From an uncultured Anaeroplasmatales bacterium (GTDB taxonomy: Bacteria > Bacillota_I > Bacilli_A > Acholeplasmatales > JAEDCM01), in the NCBI GenBank assembly GCA_964634685.1, contig CAZWLD010000009.1:292-64291 (forward strand): 64,000 nt of DNA. The letters are read 5' to 3'. The number at the start of each line of letters is the position of its first letter. Position 1 is the first letter of the stretch. The notes beneath the pieces were generated by a model that worked only from the letters and a program-made list of their open reading frames with translations, did not search any database and had not been told where the DNA came from. A program made the position numbers and the translations under genes. Shown piece after piece: positions 58,436 to 64,000 of the stretch.

Positions 58436-59275
58436 TTACTTAAATCTTTTAATCATTTGCTTTATTTTTTTGGGATTATCGATTAAGCTAACTCCCACAT
58501 AGGACCCCTCCATCCCGATATCCTCACCAAAATAAACCTTGATATTTTTATTTTCCATCACAAAGCGATTAATGTTCATAACCAAAAAGGAAGCCTTGGA
58601 ATTCTTCATATAAATAAGATGATTCTTCTCACAAAAATCAGCCAACAGACAATAATTAATATTCTTGATCTCTTCGCGTTTTTTTAATAACCTCTTCGAT
58701 TGATAAAAGCGAATAAGGCTTTTGGTCGCAGTAAAATGATTTTTCTTATAAACGCCCTTTGGACAATAAACCATCGCTAAATCGTTATTTTTATAAGAAA
58801 GACGATTAAAAATAATTAAGCGATTATATAACAAATCCTTATAGAAGGTAAAGCTAATGAATTTCTTATAAAATATACTTTCCGTTTCATCGACAATTAA
58901 ATAAAGATTGTTTTTCTTAACAATTTCCATTAAGCTAATCATTGCCACATCCTTATAAACTCGTCCGGTCAAAGGATTAGGATTAGCTAAAAAAATAGCC
59001 TTTGTTTTGGTACTTGGGGCAATCTCACTAATATCTGTCACACAAGAAATCGAACAAATGGATTTTAATTCCTGATAAACAGAAGGAAGATATGGTGTCA
59101 GCATAATAACCTCATCGGTCTTTTTTAAAATGCTTTTTAAAAGGGAAAAGGGATTATTGGCATAGCCAGTTATTTCCTTGTATTTTTTAAAAGGCCGAAT
59201 TTTACAAATGTTTCCTGGTAATAGAAAATGCTTTTTCATTTCAACATGAAATCTTAAATCTAATTGTTTGTCCAA
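58436..59275 (-). CDS. Class I/II aminotransferase-like protein, short and possibly degenerate
   Basis: FLANPNPLTGRVY and IVDETESIFY resemble the NPNNPTG and DEAY motifs of HisC/CobD-type enzymes. The protein is only 279 aa and the SxSK Lys region reads RLSYKNN. Confidence 0.4.
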   Translation of the reverse strand: MDKQLDLRFHVEMKKHFLLPGNICKIRPFKKYKEITGYANNPFSLLKSILKKTDEVIMLTPYLPSVYQELKSICSISCVTDISEIAPSTKTKAIFLANPNPLTGRVYKDVAMISLMEIVKKNNLYLIVDETESIFYKKFISFTFYKDLLYNRLIIFNRLSYKNNDLAMVYCPKGVYKKNHFTATKSLIRFYQSKRLLKKREEIKNINYCLLADFCEKNHLIYMKNSKASFLVMNINRFVMENKNIKVYFGEDIGMEGSYVGVSLIDNPKKIKQMIKRFK

Positions 59276-59297
59276 ATTTTATTCACCCATTAATAAT

Positions 59298-60755
59298 CTA
59301 TGTTCTTTTTCTTCCTTTTATGAATAAAAAAAGAAAGATACCAATTAATATTATGCCCCCACCAACATAATACCATACTTGATTCATCGAATTATGATGT
59401 TCTACCTCAGGGATTTTTTCCTCTTCGTAAGGAATATCCATCATTGTTGTTTGGTTTTCTGTTGTTGTATTATGATATTCATGCTTGGTTGTCACATTAA
59501 AATACAAATCCTTTGTCGCATAATTTCCACCTTGATCATATACAGAGTAGGTCACCTTATACAAACCCTCTTTATGAACATCAACATTGTTAAATTCAAT
59601 AATGATTCGATTAGTAATATCTCCATCAATATCATCTCGAGCTTTGACATAGGTCAACGGGTCAAAGCTTTCCCCTAGCATAATATTGCGGCTTACCCCT
59701 TCGATGGTAGGCGGATTCAAATCACTAACCTTTATTTTCAGTATCGCCTCTCCATAATTCCAAGATGAATCATAAACATAATAAATTATCTCATAATTTC
59801 CAATCTCCTTCTTGAAATTAGATATATATTTAACATCACTTTCATCTAAATTATCAATGTCATCAAAAACATCCAAAATATTATTAAAAATATAGACATC
59901 AGATAAAGAAAAGGAAATATCGACTGTTCGCTCATATTCCTTAAGAGATATCGTTGGACAAACCATATCTAAAATATGGATTTCTCGGTAGAAAATGGCT
60001 TCATTTCCACTTTTATCAATAGCTGTATACTTTACCATATAAACTCCACACGAATCAAAATCAACACCTGAATTATCCACCACAACAATAGGTTTTTCAT
60101 CATAATTATCGTATATAGAAACACCATCAAAATAATCAACATTGTAGCTTCCTACCCTTGAAATTAAATTGGAGGAAAATTCAATTTTTGGCAATTGATC
60201 ATCATAGATAACGACATTCCGATAAAACCTTGATTGATTTCCACACGGATCAACCAAGGTATAGCTAATTTGATAGGTTCCGATATGCAATAGATCAACA
60301 TTAGAATCATCAATTGTAACAGTTAGCTCATAATCAAAATAATAATTGTCCCGATATAAAAACCCAACATTGTAATCCGGCTTAGCCGAATAAACTGGCA
60401 AGACGATATCCTCTAAAGGAAAAATCAAAGAAGGGGCAATATCATCATAAACAAAAAAATTAACCTTCTTTTTGGAAATAATCCCTTGATAATTAGCTTG
60501 ATAAACAACCTGATAATGACCAATACATTCGGTATTGACAATCGATTTGCTAGTTCCATCGACGCCAATTGTATAGCTAACACTAATTCCTTTATAGGTT
60601 ACCGTGGGCAAATAAAAATAATCCTCAGCCGAAGAAAAAACGGGAATTTGAATATCACAATTACTCCAAACAAAATCATCCGCTGCTTTAGAATCATAAA
60701 CAAAAAAGCTAAAAAATAAAGCCAACAAAAAAAGAAATCTTTTCAAATACATCAC
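59298..60755 (-). CDS. Surface protein with repeated Ig-like (DUF5011-type) domains and a C-terminal TM anchor
   Basis: Signal peptide, five G.Y.V.Y...D..GN repeats, and a C-terminal hydrophobic helix followed by KGRKRT. Confidence 0.6.
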   Translation of the reverse strand: MMYLKRFLFLLALFFSFFVYDSKAADDFVWSNCDIQIPVFSSAEDYFYLPTVTYKGISVSYTIGVDGTSKSIVNTECIGHYQVVYQANYQGIISKKKVNFFVYDDIAPSLIFPLEDIVLPVYSAKPDYNVGFLYRDNYYFDYELTVTIDDSNVDLLHIGTYQISYTLVDPCGNQSRFYRNVVIYDDQLPKIEFSSNLISRVGSYNVDYFDGVSIYDNYDEKPIVVVDNSGVDFDSCGVYMVKYTAIDKSGNEAIFYREIHILDMVCPTISLKEYERTVDISFSLSDVYIFNNILDVFDDIDNLDESDVKYISNFKKEIGNYEIIYYVYDSSWNYGEAILKIKVSDLNPPTIEGVSRNIMLGESFDPLTYVKARDDIDGDITNRIIIEFNNVDVHKEGLYKVTYSVYDQGGNYATKDLYFNVTTKHEYHNTTTENQTTMMDIPYEEEKIPEVEHHNSMNQVWYYVGGGIILIGIFLFLFIKGRKRT

Positions 60756-60787
60756 CTCAATGATATATTAGAAAGATTTCTTCAAAA

Positions 60788-61981
60788 TTACTTAATATTT
60801 CCTAAACGAATGGTATCGCGGGCAATCATTACCTCTTCATTAGTAGGAACAATCCATACCGCAATCTTTGAATCAAGAGTGCTAATTCTTCTTTCATCAG
60901 AGAAGGTATCATTTAATTGTTCGTCTAATTTAACACCAAGGCAAGCTAAACGATCAATAATATTCTTTCTTAGATGAGCGACATTTTCACCAACACCAGC
61001 GGTAAAGGCTATCGCATCACATCCACCCATATACACATAGTAAGAAGCAATAAAGTCAACAATTCTCTTGGCTTGAACATCAAAAGCATCCTTGCATCTT
61101 TCGTTTCCTTCGCGCATACCCTTAGTTAAGTCGCGGGCATCACTTCCAACACCACTCATTCCAAGATATCCAGATTTCTTATTTAGCATTTGAATTTCTT
61201 CGGTAATTGATAAGCCTTCCTTTTTATACATGAATTCCAAAACAGCTGGGTCTAAATCACCAGAACGAGTTCCCATTGGAATTCCTCCAAGTGGGGTTAA
61301 TCCCATTGATGTATCAACACATTTTCCATTTTTGACAGCGGAAATTGAAGCTCCATTTCCAATATGTAAAACAATGATTTTTGAATTATTATAATCTAAT
61401 CCACATAGATTTGCGATTCTTTCTGAAACATAACGATGGCTTGTGCCGTGAGCTCCATATTTACGAACACCATATTTTTCATACCATTCATATGGAGTTG
61501 CATATAAATAAGCTTCCTTTGCCATTGTTTGATGGAAGGTTGTATCAAAAACGGCAACCGCTGGAACATCAGGTAAGGCTTTTTGGAAAGCTCTAATTCC
61601 TACAACATGTGCCGGATTATGTAGAGGCGCTAAATCGGCTAATTCCGCAATCTTTTGAATTTCCTTTTCTCCTAATAATGCTGAATCTTTGAAGTATTCG
61701 CCACCTTGGACAACACGATGACCAACGCCCTTGATTTCATCTAATGAATTTAAAATTTTCAATTCAATTAAATCATGTAATAAAATATCTACTGCTTCGG
61801 CATGATCCTTTACAACCGGATTAGTTTCCCTTTTGGTACCGTTGTATTTGATTGTGTAAATTGATTCCTTTTGTCCAATTTTTTCAATTACTCCGCTTGT
61901 AATTACATTTTCTTCAGGCATCTCTAATAATTGGAATTTTAAAGATGAGCTACCTGCATTTACTGCCATAATCTTAATCAT
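60788..61981 (-). CDS. ackA: Acetate kinase
   Basis: AVNAGSSSLKF, GHRVVQGG and the IPTNEE C-terminus. Start moved to ATG 61981 (MIKIMAVNAG), with GAGGAG 9 nt upstream. Confidence 0.9.
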   Translation of the reverse strand: MIKIMAVNAGSSSLKFQLLEMPEENVITSGVIEKIGQKESIYTIKYNGTKRETNPVVKDHAEAVDILLHDLIELKILNSLDEIKGVGHRVVQGGEYFKDSALLGEKEIQKIAELADLAPLHNPAHVVGIRAFQKALPDVPAVAVFDTTFHQTMAKEAYLYATPYEWYEKYGVRKYGAHGTSHRYVSERIANLCGLDYNNSKIIVLHIGNGASISAVKNGKCVDTSMGLTPLGGIPMGTRSGDLDPAVLEFMYKKEGLSITEEIQMLNKKSGYLGMSGVGSDARDLTKGMREGNERCKDAFDVQAKRIVDFIASYYVYMGGCDAIAFTAGVGENVAHLRKNIIDRLACLGVKLDEQLNDTFSDERRISTLDSKIAVWIVPTNEEVMIARDTIRLGNIK

Positions 61982-62900
61982 AATAATTTTCTCCTCTAAA
62001 CCATTCTTCAATTTTTCTTATTGTATTATTCATCAACTCTTGATTATTAAAATCAGGAATTTTGACCATTAAAACATTCTTCTTTTTTACCTTCGATTTT
62101 TGAATCAGGATAATACATTTTTTTTCTTCCTTAAAAATATTATCAGGTAATTCAAGAAGACCAAACATTTGCATATCAGCGTCAAAGGCTTTTTTAAAAA
62201 AGCCAGTGTCATGACTGAAAAAATCATTCGGAACAATTAAAAACATATAGCCATCATCCTTTAGGGAATCCTTGTGATAAAGGATAGCCTCATAAGGAAA
62301 ATACATTGTTTTCTCCTTGTCAATGAAATAGCCAGGGATATCGCCAACAATTAAATCCATATTCCTTAGATGTGACTCTAAGGTATCTCCTAAAAAGATA
62401 TTCATATCATAATCCTGCATCGAAGCATTCATCCGCGCGATATCGGCCATCTTCGGATCAATTTCTAATCCATACAAAATCGGATCATTCATTTGATTGG
62501 CAATGGTTGTGATTAAATTACCAGTTCCTAAACACATATCCATAATTGCGATTTTTTGATCCTTAAAAATCTTATTGGCCAAATAAGCTAATAAAAAGCC
62601 TAGGGTATCCGGGGTTACTTGATTAATCATTCTAATTTCCTTGAAAGCTCGAACAAGCAAATACTGCATAGCCTTCCTAACCTCTTCTTGATTAAAGGAA
62701 ACATCCTCAAGCTTATCATAGATTTCCTGAAGCGGTTTAATATCCTCTTCCTTAAGCTCGGTTTTAATTTCAGCCTCTAAAATATTTCTTGTGTTTTCTA
62801 AAAGACCTGTCAAATAATCCATTTTATATTTATCAAACAAAAAACAACAAGCTTCATTGATAATATCAAAAAGCTTTTCGACATTTTCTTGATTAACCAT
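61974..62900 (-). CDS. Class I SAM-dependent methyltransferase (YtxK-like, N6-adenine MTase fold)
   Basis: Motif I is DMCLGTGNL and the motif IV-like sequence is VGDIPGYF. Its position immediately upstream of ackA matches ytxK in B. subtilis (from memory). Start moved to ATG 62900 after GGTGG. Confidence 0.6.
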   Translation of the reverse strand: MVNQENVEKLFDIINEACCFLFDKYKMDYLTGLLENTRNILEAEIKTELKEEDIKPLQEIYDKLEDVSFNQEEVRKAMQYLLVRAFKEIRMINQVTPDTLGFLLAYLANKIFKDQKIAIMDMCLGTGNLITTIANQMNDPILYGLEIDPKMADIARMNASMQDYDMNIFLGDTLESHLRNMDLIVGDIPGYFIDKEKTMYFPYEAILYHKDSLKDDGYMFLIVPNDFFSHDTGFFKKAFDADMQMFGLLELPDNIFKEEKKCIILIQKSKVKKKNVLMVKIPDFNNQELMNNTIRKIEEWFRGENYYD

Positions 62901-62993
62901 TAATACCACCAACTATTATTTTATAATAAAATCCAAATAAAGTAAAGGCAATAAGTTAGAAAAAGCCCGTTGGCAAAACCAACAGGCTTAAAA

Positions 62994-64000
62994 CTAATTT
63001 TGAATTTCTTTGATTTTTTCTTCATTATAATAGAAATATAAAATTTCTTTATTTAAGGTAATTCCCTCTTCATTTGTTTCTTGCCAATACTCAAAAACTA
63101 TTTTGAATAGACAAGTACTACAAGATAATGTCTTTACACTATGACCTTTTTCATCAGTTGTATTTGTTTCGTTAAAATCACAACTACAATAATCTAATAC
63201 ATAGCGCAAGCTATTACAAACAACACATTTATCCACAAGAATAGAACCACCACAGCAGCCATCATAGGCATATAAATCGATATCATCTACTCTAGTATAG
63301 TCATGACCAATCTCATCATAGGAACACGTATCACCACAGACACTACATACTCCGATAGCAGTATAGCCGTCATCACAGGTTTCACCATGCATTTCATAAG
63401 AATAAACGTAAGAATGATTATCTAAATTCCATTCTAGATAATTAGAATAGATAACCTTGCCTCCAACAGTATAGCTTTGTTCACGATGACACAATAATAA
63501 ACAATCCTTAATTTTTACTTCATATTCATCAGACGCAAAAATTAATCCGCAGTTTTGACATGTATATGACTCTACAGAATGAGTATTACCATCATCATCT
63601 AAATAATCATCAGCTGCTTTATCCATCACGCAAGAGAAATCATGAGATATAGTATCTATTTTCTCACAAACATCACATTTCCAGCCATAAATAGATCCTT
63701 CGCAACAGCCATATTCAGCTAAAGAAATCGCAAACTGTTCATTTCGATGACCATAATCCTCCCAAGAATTTGCATAATCACATTTTGTACAGGTTTGATA
63801 AATTGTATATCCATCATCACAGGTTTCACCATGTTTTTCATATGAATATACATAGTCATGATTTGATTCAGCATATTCTCTTACATAGGATATAATGACT
63901 TGTTCTCCCTTCGTATAGCTAATTGTTTCTTTAAGCGTAGTTATACATCCATCAACAGAACCAACATATGAGTCCTCGATTATCTTTAATTCACAGGTTT
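62994..64000 (-). CDS. Cys-rich modular protein, 5'-truncated by the window edge
   Basis: My hand translation shows the frame stays open from 63629 to 64000, with no in-frame stop or start codon. The track ORF start (GTG 63629) is therefore an artefact. A module of about 148 aa (..YVYSYE(K/M)HGETCDDGYT..C..C..GCC(E/G)GS..C.VC..) occurs at least twice. Confidence 0.6.
   Translation of the reverse strand, partial: TCELKIIEDSYVGSVDGCITTLKETISYTKGEQVIISYVREYAESNHDYVYSYEKHGETCDDGYTIYQTCTKCDYANSWEDYGHRNEQFAISLAEYGCCEGSIYGWKCDVCEKIDTISHDFSCVMDKAADDYLDDDGNTHSVESYTCQNCGLIFASDEYEVKIKDCLLLCHREQSYTVGGKVIYSNYLEWNLDNHSYVYSYEMHGETCDDGYTAIGVCSVCGDTCSYDEIGHDYTRVDDIDLYAYDGCCGGSILVDKCVVCNSLRYVLDYCSCDFNETNTTDEKGHSVKTLSCSTCLFKIVFEYWQETNEEGITLNKEILYFYYNEEKIKEIQN

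Noticed and set aside
1-64000. Mollicutes-type genetic code (UGA = Trp), suggested by the low GC content
   Set aside because: TGA functions as a stop. For example, the murI-like gene ends with TGA at 18132..18134, directly followed by a terminator. Long domain-complete ORFs are obtained with the standard code, and Trp positions are encoded by TGG.
1-64000. rRNA, tRNA, tmRNA, riboswitch or T-box elements in the larger intergenic gaps (458..789, 8209..8601, 17818..18131, 25937..26101, 58185..58435)
   Set aside because: I could not fold any cloverleaf or recognise conserved riboswitch cores by eye. These gaps are explained by promoters and terminators. A covariance-model scan (Infernal/Rfam, tRNAscan-SE) would be the decisive test.

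Overview
AT-rich (about 30% GC by eye) Bacillota-type chromosomal segment using the standard code, with nearly all genes on the minus strand. All calls come from reading the ORF track, motifs and raw DNA by eye; no database search was run. The housekeeping backbone is rnj, a short murI-like gene, a KapD-like exonuclease, a CyuA-like desulfidase, gerE-like, uvrC, rpoZ, gmk, rqcH, sdaA, uvrB, murE, pyk, pfkA, dnaE, ackA and a ytxK-like methyltransferase. Three accessory regions stand out. (1) 2533..8309 is a tight four-gene operon: multi-zinc-ribbon SPFH protein, 4TM protein, DUF2971 protein, zinc-ribbon/TPR/TIR protein. Its promoter has perfect -35 and -10 hexamers separated by a G9 tract, giving a 15-nt spacer, so it looks like a phase-variable switch. 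(2) 39756..50652 is a 10.8-kb insert bounded by perfect 74-bp direct repeats made of the pyk 3' end plus its terminator. It carries a second zinc-ribbon/TPR/TIR protein (membrane-anchored), a second SPFH/zinc-ribbon protein with a small membrane partner, a zinc-ribbon/polytopic/LRR protein, an lgt pseudogene, an LRR lipoprotein with 486-bp tandem repeats and an XRE regulator. The SPFH + small membrane protein + TIR theme therefore occurs twice, which makes it my best candidate for an undescribed membrane-coupled TIR (NADase-type) conflict system. (3) 9746..17885 is a radical SAM/SPASM enzyme in one operon with a lipoprotein, a LolCDE-like MacB-type ABC transporter and two BspA-LRR lipoproteins, with no visible precursor peptide. 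Other oddities are a RelE-like/SF1 helicase fusion, a uvrB-linked exported MBL nuclease-like protein and a Cys-rich modular protein that runs off the window. I saw no rRNA, tRNA, CRISPR array, transposase or integrase.
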